The notes under the pieces are model-generated. The model saw only the letters and a list, made by a program, of their open reading frames with translations. It was not told where the DNA came from and searched no databases. 62,706 nucleotides of DNA from an uncultured Gemmatimonadota bacterium (GTDB taxonomy: Bacteria; GCA-2686955), in the NCBI GenBank assembly GCA_964490075.1, contig CAZBBK010000033.1:1-62706 (forward strand). Direction: 5' to 3'. Positions 46,701 through 56,008 of this stretch are shown in pieces. Both the position numbers and the translations under genes were made by a program. How positions within the stretch are numbered: position 1 is the first letter of the stretch; each line of letters begins with the position of its first letter.

Positions 46701-47924
46701 TCAGTCGGTGGGCGGATAGAAATCGATGCGGCCGTAGCCGAAGGTGAACTGGCCGCCGAGATTGTCGGCGTTGGCCTGCATATGATGACGGATCTGCTCG
46801 GCGCTCCATCCCGGCACGTAGGCGCGATAGGCCGCGCACAAGGCCGCAGCGTGGGGCGATGCCATCGAGGTGCCGTCCATGCGCGTGTAGTCGTCGTCGG
46901 GATAGCAGGAGTAGACGAACTTGCCCGGTGCCATCACCTCGACGTTGCCGGGAGTGTTGTCGTCACCGAAGCCCCGCTGTGAGAAAAATGCAGCCTTCTC
47001 GCAGTCCCCGAAGAGGAAGCCGCCGAGCGCCCCGACGCCGATCACCGAAGTGTAGTAGGCGGGGTAGTGCGGGAAGAAGAAGGGTCCTTCGTTGCCGGCC
47101 GCGGCGACCACCAAGACCCCCGCTGAATAGGCCGAGCCGCAGGCGGTCTTGAGCAACGAATCGTCGCTGGAACCGCCCAGGCTCATGTTGATCACGTCGG
47201 CGCCGACCGCCACCGCGTGGTCGATGCCGGCGGCGATGTCGTCCCACCAACCGTAGCCGCCGGAATCGAGCACCTTCACGCCCAGCAGCGAGGCCTGGAA
47301 GCAGCCGGCGATGCCGACCCCGTTGTCTATGATCGCCGAGGCGATCCCGGCCACGTGGGTGCCGTGGCCATAGTCGTCCATCGGAAAATCGTCGTCGTTG
47401 ACGAAGTCCCAGTCATCGACCGTATTGCAGTTGCCGCGCAGATCCTCGTGGTAGAGGTCGATGCCGGTGTCGAGGATGGCGATGGTGACCGGGCCGCCGC
47501 GGATCACGTCCCAGGCCTTGTTGGCCTGGATGCAGGAGATCGGCCACTGCTTGGAGTACTTGGGATCGTTGGGATTGTAGTTGGCGCCGGGGCGAGAGCC
47601 GCGCCCGGGCTCGAAGGCGGTGTCGTAGGGAAGCTCGCCGCGCGGCACCGAGCAGCGACCGACCAGCTCCACGTAGTCGGCGACCGCGGCGATGCGGGGA
47701 TTGGCGCGGACGGCGTCGAGCTGGGAGGCGTCGGCGACGACGAAGGAGGCCGCCGAGAGCCAGGGCAGGTGGTGGCGCAACGCCGCGTCGTGACGGTGAG
47801 TCATCTCTTCGATGAGGGCCGGTAGCTGGTCGGCGGATCGGGTGCCGACCGAGATCCGCACCTCGGCCTGGGCGAGGAATGGGGCGGCGATCACGAGGGC
47901 GGCGGAGAGAGCGAAGGCACGCAT
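46701..47924 (-). CDS. secreted S8 serine peptidase (thermitase-like)
   Basis: PNDP, ILDTG, GHGTHVAG, NMSLGG, AAAGN, GTSMASPH. Confidence 0.94.
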   Translation of the reverse strand: MRAFALSAALVIAAPFLAQAEVRISVGTRSADQLPALIEEMTHRHDAALRHHLPWLSAASFVVADASQLDAVRANPRIAAVADYVELVGRCSVPRGELPYDTAFEPGRGSRPGANYNPNDPKYSKQWPISCIQANKAWDVIRGGPVTIAILDTGIDLYHEDLRGNCNTVDDWDFVNDDDFPMDDYGHGTHVAGIASAIIDNGVGIAGCFQASLLGVKVLDSGGYGWWDDIAAGIDHAVAVGADVINMSLGGSSDDSLLKTACGSAYSAGVLVVAAAGNEGPFFFPHYPAYYTSVIGVGALGGFLFGDCEKAAFFSQRGFGDDNTPGNVEVMAPGKFVYSCYPDDDYTRMDGTSMASPHAAALCAAYRAYVPGWSAEQIRHHMQANADNLGGQFTFGYGRIDFYPPTD

Positions 47925-48051
47925 GGGTGTTCCTTTGGTGGTGGGGCGCGCCTGCGGGCATCGGGCCGGGTCGAGTCGCCCGCCGGCGCGCGGGACGATT
48001 CGCGCAGCTCCAGCTTATCCCCGGTTCGCGGGGGAATCGGGAAAAGTGGCA

Positions 48052-48843
48052 TCAATCGAGCGGGTTCGCCACCGTCTCCTTGACGAAGGCCAGCGCCGCG
48101 GGGAAGCGCTCGACCAGGTCGCCACGCTGCAGGAGGCCGAGCTGGTAGGCCCCCTCCAGCTCCAGGCTGGTGCGGTCGTCGACCTCGGAGGAGCGCCCGA
48201 TCAGCGCCTTCGCCGCGCCCAGCGCGGCCGCCGAGTGGGCGCTCAGGCCGGTCGCCAGCTCGAGCGCGGCACGACCCGCCGCGTCGGGATCGCCCTCCAG
48301 CTGGTGCACCAGGGCGTAGCGCTCGGCGCGGCGAGCGCTGATCGCGCGTCCGGTCAGGATCATCTCCTTGGCGCGCGCCGCTCCGATCAGGCGCACCAGG
48401 CGTGTGGTGCCGCCGATATCGGGCAGGATGCCGAAGGCGATCTCAGGCAGACCGAGCACGCATTCCCGACTGGCGACGCGGAAGTCACAGGCCAGGGCCA
48501 GCTCCAGGCCCAGGCCCAGGCAGCAGCCGTGCAGCACCGCGATCACCGGCTTCTCCAGAGCGTCGATCTGGCGCGCGGCGCGCTGCAGGTCGCGGTGGGT
48601 GTGGCGCCAGGGATGGGCCGGCAGGTTGGCGAGCACGTCGCGCAGCAGGGTGTGGTCGACACCGCTGGAGAAGACCGGCCCCGCGCCGCGCAGCACGATC
48701 GCCGCGACCTCCGGGTCGTCGCGCACCTGGTGCAGGGCGGCGCAGAGCTCGTCGAGCAGCTCCAGGTCGATGGCGTTGCGCTGGCGCGGCCGGTTGAGGT
48801 TGATGGTGGCGACGCGGGACGCGATCTCCAGCTCGATGCGCAT
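48052..48843 (-). CDS. enoyl-CoA hydratase/isomerase family protein
   Basis: LNRPRQRNA, FSSGVD, KPVIAVLHG..LGLGLELALACDFR, LPEIAFGILP; GGAG RBS. Confidence 0.93.
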   Translation of the reverse strand: MRIELEIASRVATINLNRPRQRNAIDLELLDELCAALHQVRDDPEVAAIVLRGAGPVFSSGVDHTLLRDVLANLPAHPWRHTHRDLQRAARQIDALEKPVIAVLHGCCLGLGLELALACDFRVASRECVLGLPEIAFGILPDIGGTTRLVRLIGAARAKEMILTGRAISARRAERYALVHQLEGDPDAAGRAALELATGLSAHSAAALGAAKALIGRSSEVDDRTSLELEGAYQLGLLQRGDLVERFPAALAFVKETVANPLD

Positions 48844-48865
48844 CGAGGCTCCTCCCGGCCGCCGG

Positions 48866-50650
48866 CTACTCGACCACCACGTGGATGTGGGAGGCACTCA
48901 GGGGAGTGCCCGCGTCGTTGCCGGCGAAGGCGGTGACGATATAGGTGCCGAGCTCGACCGTGGGCGGAACCTCGACATCGAGCGAGCGCAGCGCGCTGCT
49001 CCCTGCCGGCACCGTCACATTGCGGGGGACACGGATCGTGCGCGGTGCCGGCCAACGGTCCTCGCCGGAGAGCAGCGCCTCGGCCCAGACCTTGGCGGTC
49101 GCCGGCGCGGCGCCGGCGTTGGTCAGACTCAGCAGCGCCTGGACCTGACCTCCCGGTGAAACCGCTTCGACGGCGGTCTCCAGCTCGATGATCCAGCCGT
49201 AGCCCGGCAGCAGGTGCTGGGTGATCTCGGCCAGGTCGGGCAGCACGCCGATATGCTTGGTGAGGGGCGCCCCTTGCGGAGTGCCGTAGGTCGAGAGCAG
49301 ATCGCGCACCTCGATGGGGGTGAGCAGGCGGCCGGTGGTCTCGTGGTTGAGCAGGGTGATGGCGGCGGCGGCGCCGGTCACGATCGGGCTGGCGCTCGAT
49401 GTGCCGTTGAAGCTGTTGGTGTAGGCCTGGTCGATCTCCGGCTCCCAGAGGTAGCCGTAGCCGGTCGAGTAGACGCCGGAACCGTAGCCCTGGCAGTCGA
49501 CGCGGCTGCCGTAGTTGGTGAACGACTCCGGAGAGTGGGCGCCGGGGGTGCCCGCGCCGACCAGGATCGCGCCGGAGTCGCGGAAGTCGCGGTCGAAGAG
49601 CTGGCCGTAGCGGGCCGGATCGTCGAGATTCTGGGAGCCGTTGGCGCCGGCCTCGACCACGATGATGCCCTGTGCGGTATGCGCCTGGATGGCGTCGAAG
49701 TTGGCCTGCTCGTACTCCATCGGTAGGTAGCCGTAGCCGCCCCAGGTCTGGATCTCGATCAGGTAGATGTCGCCCGGGGCCAGGTAGGAAGCGGCGATGT
49801 CGAAGGCCTCGGCGATGGTCGGCTCCGAGTTCCAGTCGACCGTCTTGAGGGTCACGTCGGGCACGATGCCGGTCATGCCGAAGCCGGAGTCGCAGCCGGC
49901 GATCTCGCCCAGCACGGCCGTGCCGTGGTCACGTTTCTCGTTGTCGTAGGGGCCGTTGAGGACGTCGTCGATGTCGATGTCGAGATCCTCGTGCTCGACA
50001 TTCCAGCCCTGCTCCACGTCGACCACCCAGAGCTGCCGGTCGCCGCGGCCGCGCACCCCGGCGGCCCAGGCGGCGGGGGCGTCGATGCCCTGCGGCGCCG
50101 GATCGCGGTAGTCCTGGCTGGCGGTCCAGTCGGGGGTGGTGGGGGACTCGTCGACGCAGTTGTCGGGATCGGTCGCGGGTGCCGGCAGGTAGGCGATCTC
50201 GACCAGCTGGTGGCGGTTCAAGAGATCGCAGAGGGCGCCGGCGCGCTCCGGGCTCACCGGCGGGTCGAGCCAGAGCAGGTAGTAGTTGTTGAGATCGGCC
50301 AGGCGGCGGCCGCTGCGTGCCTCGCCGCGGCGCCGCTCGGCGTCGTAGCTCGCCTCGGGGCGCCGGAAGAGGCGCTCGAAGACGGCGCCGGGGGCGGCGG
50401 CGGCGAGCTCGTCCAGGAGGCGATCGAGGCCCGGCGCGGAGGCGCTCAGCTCGCCGCGGTCGATGCGCACCCGCACCTCCTCGGCGAACTTGACCACGAT
50501 GCGCCCGGCATCGGCGCCCGGTGCCACTCGGGTGAGCGCCGGTTTCGGCATCGTCGGGCGGGGCAAGAGAGTGGTCGCGGGGGCGGGAAGGGTGATGAAT
50601 CCGCAGGCGATGGCCGCCAGAGGCAAGCGTAGGAGGGGGGAAGTCGTCAC
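48866..50650 (-). CDS. secreted S8 serine peptidase
   Basis: VDVEQGW (Asp), HGTAVLG, EAGANG, GTSSASP; AAGGAG RBS before GTG. Confidence 0.9.
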   Translation of the reverse strand: MTTSPLLRLPLAAIACGFITLPAPATTLLPRPTMPKPALTRVAPGADAGRIVVKFAEEVRVRIDRGELSASAPGLDRLLDELAAAAPGAVFERLFRRPEASYDAERRRGEARSGRRLADLNNYYLLWLDPPVSPERAGALCDLLNRHQLVEIAYLPAPATDPDNCVDESPTTPDWTASQDYRDPAPQGIDAPAAWAAGVRGRGDRQLWVVDVEQGWNVEHEDLDIDIDDVLNGPYDNEKRDHGTAVLGEIAGCDSGFGMTGIVPDVTLKTVDWNSEPTIAEAFDIAASYLAPGDIYLIEIQTWGGYGYLPMEYEQANFDAIQAHTAQGIIVVEAGANGSQNLDDPARYGQLFDRDFRDSGAILVGAGTPGAHSPESFTNYGSRVDCQGYGSGVYSTGYGYLWEPEIDQAYTNSFNGTSSASPIVTGAAAAITLLNHETTGRLLTPIEVRDLLSTYGTPQGAPLTKHIGVLPDLAEITQHLLPGYGWIIELETAVEAVSPGGQVQALLSLTNAGAAPATAKVWAEALLSGEDRWPAPRTIRVPRNVTVPAGSSALRSLDVEVPPTVELGTYIVTAFAGNDAGTPLSASHIHVVVE

Positions 50651-50747
50651 GGCTGGGGCTCCTTTTTCGGTCGGCGACCGGCTTCTTGCCGGGGGCTGGT
50701 CGGAAAGTCTCATCGAAGCCTAACCCGCGCCGATGGCAGCGCAGCGC

Positions 50748-51215
50748 TCAGAGCTCGAGCTCATAGTCGGTCCGATTGCCCTCCGGCGGGCTCGCCGCCG
50801 CACCAGCCTTCTCGCAGATCCGGCGGGAGCCGAGGTTGCTATTCTCGACCTTGGCTCTGATGCGCAAGAACCCTTGATGCCGGGCCTCTTCCAGCGTCAG
50901 ACGGAGGGCTCGGCCGCCGTGCCCCCGGCGCCGCTCTCGGCTGCCGATCCAGCAGCCGACGCATGCGCGGCCGCGGCGCTCATCCCGATGGCTGATCGAG
51001 ATCGTCCCGATCGCCCGCCCGCCCGCGCGAATTGCGTAGGTGACAGCATTTCTCCGGGCGCACCACCGATCGATCTCGTCGAGGACCGCGGCGGCCGCCG
51101 GCAGGTTCTCGGCGTCCATCCCCAGCTCCCGGCGCAGGATGTGGTCGTCTCGAAGAAGATGCGCCAGGTCCTCGGCATCGTCTGTGGTCGGCGGTCGAAT
51201 CGATGTGTGGTTCAT
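50748..51215 (-). CDS. RimJ/RimL-type GNAT N-acetyltransferase
   Basis: VGCWIG...RRRGHG, NLGSRRICEKAG; GGAGA RBS. Confidence 0.85.
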   Translation of the reverse strand: MNHTSIRPPTTDDAEDLAHLLRDDHILRRELGMDAENLPAAAAVLDEIDRWCARRNAVTYAIRAGGRAIGTISISHRDERRGRACVGCWIGSRERRRGHGGRALRLTLEEARHQGFLRIRAKVENSNLGSRRICEKAGAAASPPEGNRTDYELEL

Positions 51216-51241
51216 GGGCGTTTCTCCGGCCTTGTCCTCTT

Positions 51242-51269
51242 CGTCGTTCCGGTGCAAGCCGGAATTCAG
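51242..51269. repeat. degenerate copy of the REP-like palindrome
   Basis: CGTCGTTCCGGTGCAAGCCGGAATTCAG versus CGTCATTCCGGCGAAAGCCGGAATCCAG at 62145. Confidence 0.65.
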
Positions 51270-51404
51270 AGCTCCCATGATCCGCGGCGTCCACTCTGGC
51301 TCGGTACGCGGAATCGGCGCAGGTGTCGGTCACGTTCGGGGCGAGTCACGCTCTCGACCGACCGGGGCCCAGCAGTTGTTCCGACATTCGTGAAGATGCG
51401 TGGA

Positions 51405-51585
51405 TCAGTCGCGCTTCGGCAATTGGCGTTGTCTGACTTGCTTTCGATCCACAACCGTCATTTTGTCTTGGAGGTGGATTTCCCGGGTTTCGAAGATCTT
51501 GAGGAAGAGCTCGGCGGGTTCCGAGGACGATCGGCTTCCCTCCGAGGACACGGGGGTCGCTGCCGATGTGGGACTGCCATTGCAT
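51405..51585 (-). pseudogene. internally deleted DUF433 antitoxin / DUF5615-like PIN toxin remnant
   Basis: GAGGTG RBS then MQWQSHIGSDPRVLGGKPIVLGTR (DUF433 N-terminus), joined out of frame to ..HLQDKMTVVDRKQVRQRQLP (resembles a DUF5615 C-terminus). Confidence 0.68.
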
Positions 51586-51650
51586 GAGATCACCTCTGAA
51601 TCCTGAAGACTCGCGGGGACGGATTCGATTGGAAGCGAAACGCGTGCGCG

Positions 51651-51660
51651 ATTCTACCAC
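51651..51660 (-). promoter_or_regulatory. extended -10 promoter (TGgTAGAAT) upstream of the TA remnant
   Basis: Sequence motif about 65 nt upstream of the DUF433 ATG. Confidence 0.5.
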
Positions 51661-51697
51661 CCACCGAAGGCGTCCGCGGGCTGATCGGTGCCGAGCA

Positions 51698-52093
51698 TCA
51701 CCCATCCTGCTCCACCGGCACCATCGTGTTGGCATCCCGGATGACGACCCAGCCATCACCTCGTCGCTTCAGGATGGACAGAGAATGGCCCGCCATCGAG
51801 GAGCGTGAGCTCGAGCGTTTGTCTGTGATCGCAAGGTTGATGCTGGTCCGCAGCCAGGCATGGTCGCCGAGGATCTCGATCTCCTGGATCGAGCAGTCGA
51901 GCTCGAAATCGCTGTGCGGGTCGGTGGCGGTCGCGGCGGCGGCGAAGCTCTCCTTGTCCATCAGGCCGGCGCCCGGAACCAGGAAGATCGCATCGTCCGC
52001 GATCAGGTCTCTGGCAAGCTGCAGCTCGCCCTCTTTGGTGGCTTTCATCCAGTGCTCGAACCATTGCCGAATGGCTTGCTCGTCCTTGCTCAT
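51698..52093 (-). CDS. SgcJ/EcaC-like NTF2-fold (DUF4440/YybH) protein
   Basis: DEQAIRQ...W..AT..G, DDAIFLVPG, EIEILGDHAW, GHSLSIL, WVVIRDAN. Confidence 0.88.
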   Translation of the reverse strand: MSKDEQAIRQWFEHWMKATKEGELQLARDLIADDAIFLVPGAGLMDKESFAAAATATDPHSDFELDCSIQEIEILGDHAWLRTSINLAITDKRSSSRSSMAGHSLSILKRRGDGWVVIRDANTMVPVEQDG

Positions 52094-52377
52094 GATTGTG
52101 TCTCCTCAGGGCGACGCCCGGCTCCCGCCGTTGCGATCGACTTGGCGATTGCCCTGCCCGCCACCGCACCGAAGTCCCGCCCGTACATTCTAAGGAAAAA
52201 CGCTTCTCTCAGCTCTTCCGCGGTGAGCTCACGCGAGGCGTTGCTTCGAATGCCTGCACACACGAGATTGGCCGCTGTCTCGTGCATGTGGGTGCTCATG
52301 ACAATCCTGCGTCCAGGGCTCAGGGCGGAGATCGCTTTTCTATAGGCTTGATCAACACCTGCGTTCGTATCCTTCAT
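52090..52377 (-). CDS. small helical protein coupled to the nucleotidyltransferase (putative antitoxin)
   Basis: MKDT...LSPGRR..M...CAGI...LREAFFLRMYG.DF; ATGA overlaps on both sides. Confidence 0.7.
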   Translation of the reverse strand: MKDTNAGVDQAYRKAISALSPGRRIVMSTHMHETAANLVCAGIRSNASRELTAEELREAFFLRMYGRDFGAVAGRAIAKSIATAGAGRRPEETQS

Positions 52378-52922
52378 CGAGACAGCGCCTGCTCGAGCAG
52401 TTCTTCTACCTGTAACACTCGTGCCCATTTCTTCAGATACGCGCGGTCGAGATCCTCCGCCTCTAGCAGCAGTTGGGTCACGTCTCGCAACTGGTATGCA
52501 GATTCGCCGTCCGCGGACCAAAGTAGCTTGTTCAAGATGAGGTCCTCTGGTGAGACGACGCAGACCTCGAAGTCCTCGACCAACACTCGGCGCCGTCTAT
52601 TGAACTCCGTCTCCCAGAATTCACCGCTCTTTCGCACTACGAAGTCCGCCTTCGATATCAGTTCGTTGTGAATGATGTTGAACATGCCGCGCTCCGACAC
52701 GGCGACGGCGACCGATTCCGAATCTATGTAGCATGTGGATTCGAACTTGGACACGAGGCGCTCGACGTCGATCGGTCCCACCCGCACCACCACATCGATG
52801 TCCCTCGTCATCCGCGGCGTGGCGTAGACTGCCATCGCCAATGACCCTGTGAGCATGTACGGCACGTGAATCTCGTCCAGACTCTGAACCAGGAATCGCA
52901 GGAACTGGAACTGATCGTTCAT
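52374..52922 (-). CDS. nucleotidyltransferase (DUF6036/AbiEii-like, Pol-beta superfamily)
   Basis: YMLTGSLA..Y..PRMTRDIDVVV (GS...DxD), SPEDLILNKLLW, QLRDV, DRAYLKKWA. Confidence 0.85.
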   Translation of the reverse strand: MNDQFQFLRFLVQSLDEIHVPYMLTGSLAMAVYATPRMTRDIDVVVRVGPIDVERLVSKFESTCYIDSESVAVAVSERGMFNIIHNELISKADFVVRKSGEFWETEFNRRRRVLVEDFEVCVVSPEDLILNKLLWSADGESAYQLRDVTQLLLEAEDLDRAYLKKWARVLQVEELLEQALSR

Positions 52923-53015
52923 GGAGCGACCCTAGCAATTCGTTCCTGTGCACGCCAGATCGCCAACCTGCCGAGCTGCTCGTATGTGTGCCGTCTACCA
53001 GACTTCGGAGTCGAG

Positions 53016-54794
53016 ATGAGGAAGGCCTGGGGCATGCTCGGCCGCTGGTCCCCCGCCGCCGCGATCCTCCTCTTCCTGCTGATCCTCGAGCTCGCCTACG
53101 CCCCCAGCCACTTCGATCCGACGCGGATCAAGATGGCCGTGGCGGCCTTCGGCTGCGGCCTGCTCTGCCTCGGCAGCGCTTGGTGGCGGCCCGCTCCGTC
53201 GCGAATCTCGCCGGCGCTCCTGCTGGCACTCCTGGGACTGCTCTGCTACGGCTGGCTCGACACGTGGGTCGTCCATCCCCAGCCGGTCCCCCTCTTCGAC
53301 GCTCGGCTGCTGCACCACGTCGGGCTCTCGTGCGCCCTCGCCGCCCTGCTGCTGGGCGCGCCGGCGCTGCGCGTTGCCGCCGGAGCGGTTCCCTTCGTGG
53401 CCGTGCCGATGGCCCTCGCGGCCCTGCTCCCGCTCTTCTGGGTCGGGGGGCGGCCGGTGGGGGGGACGCTGGGCAACCCCAATGTGCTGGCGGCCGCGCT
53501 GGCGCTCTGGGGTCCTCTGGCCCTGCATCGGGCCCTGCTGGCGCCCCGGGGGTGGAGGCGCTGGTGCCTCTGGGGGGCCGCCGGGCTGCTCCTCGCCGTG
53601 TCGATCCTGCAACGTTCCGAGGCGGCCGCGGCGGGGTGGGTGGCCGGGCTGCTCTGCTACGGGCTGCTCGCGTTCCCGCGTTCGAAGATCTCCTGGACCG
53701 CCGCGGGTGCCCTTCTCGTGGGCGGGGCCTCGGCCGCGGCGGCGCTCTTCATCTCACCGCAGGGGAGCGCCCTGCTGCGGACCCGGATCTGGACCGCCGG
53801 GCTGACGCTCGCGGGCGAGTCGCCGCTGCTCGGCCACGGGCTCGGCAGCTTCGCGCGCGGGGCGCAACGGGTGCGCCCCGCCGACTCGCTCCTGGCGGGA
53901 GTCAGCGTCAACACGGGAAACGCCCACGACGAGTGGCTGCAGCTGCTCTGCGAGCTGGGCTGGCCGGGGCTGATCGCGGCCCTCGGCGCGATCGTGCTCT
54001 GCGTCCACGCCGCGTGGCGCTGCCGCGCACCGCGGCGAAGCATGGTGCCGGCCCTCGCGGCGGGCATCGTCGCCCTCTCGGTCGACGCCCTCGCCAGCCC
54101 CAACCTGCGCTGGATCGCCGTGGCCCTCCCCTTCTGGATGGTGATCGGCCTGGTCGGCGCGCTGGCGCCGCCCGGCCTGCGCTCCCTCCACGTCTCCCCG
54201 CGAGCGGCGCGCTGCCTGCTGGTGCCCCTGGGCCTGGTCTCGCTGCTCCAGGGGGCGGACCAGGTGCGGCGCGCGCTCCCCGTGCAGGCTCCGCTGCTGG
54301 AGGGGGAGCGACGCCTGGTGGCGGGCGACCCGGCGGACGCGCTGCCGCCCCTCCGCGCGGCGCTGGCCCACGATCCGGACGACCTGCGCACCCTGTTCCG
54401 CATCGGCATGGCGCACGAGCGGCTGCGGCGGTGGGACGCGGCCAGTGCCGCCTTCGAGCGCGTCCGCGAGATCGAGCCGCACTATGCCCGCGTCGAGGTC
54501 CACCTCGGTCTGACGCTGCTGCGCGGCGGGAGCTGGCCGCGGGCCCTCGCCATCCTCGAGAGCGCCTCGGCCCGGGTGTGGGACGACGAGGGGGAGATCC
54601 TGCTGGCGGAGGCGCTCCACGGCGCGGGCAGGACGCGGGAGGCGCTGGCGACCCTGGACCGCATGGTCGAGCTGCACGAACGCTACCCGCCCGAAGGCCG
54701 CTTTCTGCCCTTCCTGCGGCGCGTCGCCGTGCAGCACGTGCTGGAGATCCGCGGCAACCTGCGGAGGCTCGTCGGCGATGCGGCGGCCGGTTGA
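53016..54794 (+). CDS. O-antigen ligase (Wzy_C) family membrane protein with C-terminal TPRs
   Basis: GTLGNPNVLA, RTRIW, PLLGHGLGSF, NAHDEWLQLLCELGWPG; TPR tail. Confidence 0.88.
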   Translation: MRKAWGMLGRWSPAAAILLFLLILELAYAPSHFDPTRIKMAVAAFGCGLLCLGSAWWRPAPSRISPALLLALLGLLCYGWLDTWVVHPQPVPLFDARLLHHVGLSCALAALLLGAPALRVAAGAVPFVAVPMALAALLPLFWVGGRPVGGTLGNPNVLAAALALWGPLALHRALLAPRGWRRWCLWGAAGLLLAVSILQRSEAAAAGWVAGLLCYGLLAFPRSKISWTAAGALLVGGASAAAALFISPQGSALLRTRIWTAGLTLAGESPLLGHGLGSFARGAQRVRPADSLLAGVSVNTGNAHDEWLQLLCELGWPGLIAALGAIVLCVHAAWRCRAPRRSMVPALAAGIVALSVDALASPNLRWIAVALPFWMVIGLVGALAPPGLRSLHVSPRAARCLLVPLGLVSLLQGADQVRRALPVQAPLLEGERRLVAGDPADALPPLRAALAHDPDDLRTLFRIGMAHERLRRWDAASAAFERVREIEPHYARVEVHLGLTLLRGGSWPRALAILESASARVWDDEGEILLAEALHGAGRTREALATLDRMVELHERYPPEGRFLPFLRRVAVQHVLEIRGNLRRLVGDAAAG

Positions 54795-54844
54795 CGCCCG
54801 CGATTCCCGTTCGTACCCTCGGCAAAACGCAAAGAGGAGAGCTG

Positions 54845-56008
54845 ATGTCGAGCCTGCCGCGCACCCGGCCCCGCCTCGGGCCCACCCTCGCCTGCCTTCT
54901 CGCCGCCGCGCTCACCGCCTCCCTCCCCCGCCCCGCGCCCGCCGCGCCCGCGGATCGGCCGGCCGGCGGCCCTCCCCCGAGCGGCGCGGCATTCCTGCCG
55001 GAGGCCCTCCAGGAGCCGATCCGCGGCGGCGCGGAGCTCACTCTCGTGGCGACGCTGCCGCTGAAAGGAGAGGCGCGTGGCGTGGCCGTCGACGGCCAGA
55101 CCGCCTACGTGGCCGCCGGAGATCGGGGGCTGCGCGCGGTCGACGTCACCGAGCCGGCGCATCCGGTGGAGATCGGGGTCTTCGATCCCCCCGACGTCGA
55201 GCTCTGGCTCGAGGAGGTCAGGATTCGCGAGGGCTTCGCCTTCGTGGCGACATACTCCACCGAGGAGGACTCCTCGCTCTTCCGCATCTTCGAGATCTAC
55301 TCCGGGCCCGATCCGCTGCTCGTGGGGGAGTCGTGCTCAGGCTGGCGTTACTTGCCTGACGGGTTCGACGTCCACGGCGATCGCCTCTACATCGGGGGCT
55401 CGACCGGCCGCTACCCTTTCCTCAACGTCTACGACCTGAGCGAGATCACCGAGCCCCGGATCCTGGGCGCGTCGGACCGCTCTGGGTCGGGTACCTTCTA
55501 CGCGGGGGTCGTCGTCGACCCTCTCGGCGGCGATCCGCCGGGGTCGGTCCTCCACGTTTCCCATCAACCCTGGTACTTCTACTCCCCCCACGTGGACCGG
55601 CGAGGTGAGTTCGACTGGGGATACGCCCCCCCCGGGTGGGCCAGCGCCAGCCGCCAGGTGCTGGTGGGCGACGTGCTCCACCAGGCCGACGCCTCGTCCG
55701 GCTACCGGGCGGTGCTGGTGGACCACGACGACGGCTACCTGCGCACCCTCGGCGAATTGACGACGATCGGAAGACCGACCCGGATCGCGGTGCAGGGAGA
55801 CGTGGCCTTCCTCGTCGACCGCTGGGAGGGCCACCTCTACGCGGTCGATGTCTACGACCCGAACGATCCCTTCCTCCTCGACTCCGCCCCGGGAAACGCC
55901 CTCGACGTGGCGACCGACTCCCGCGGGCTGATCTACCTCGCCGCCGGCCAGGCGGGACTCGAAATCTACCGGCTGCGCCGCGACCGGTTGCGGCACCGGA
56001 GGCAGTGA
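54845..56008 (+). CDS. secreted LVIVD-repeat protein
   Basis: GAGGAG RBS, signal peptide, AYVAAGDRGLRAVDVTEP, VYDLSE, AVDVYDP, AGQAGLEIY. Confidence 0.82.
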   Translation: MSSLPRTRPRLGPTLACLLAAALTASLPRPAPAAPADRPAGGPPPSGAAFLPEALQEPIRGGAELTLVATLPLKGEARGVAVDGQTAYVAAGDRGLRAVDVTEPAHPVEIGVFDPPDVELWLEEVRIREGFAFVATYSTEEDSSLFRIFEIYSGPDPLLVGESCSGWRYLPDGFDVHGDRLYIGGSTGRYPFLNVYDLSEITEPRILGASDRSGSGTFYAGVVVDPLGGDPPGSVLHVSHQPWYFYSPHVDRRGEFDWGYAPPGWASASRQVLVGDVLHQADASSGYRAVLVDHDDGYLRTLGELTTIGRPTRIAVQGDVAFLVDRWEGHLYAVDVYDPNDPFLLDSAPGNALDVATDSRGLIYLAAGQAGLEIYRLRRDRLRHRRQ

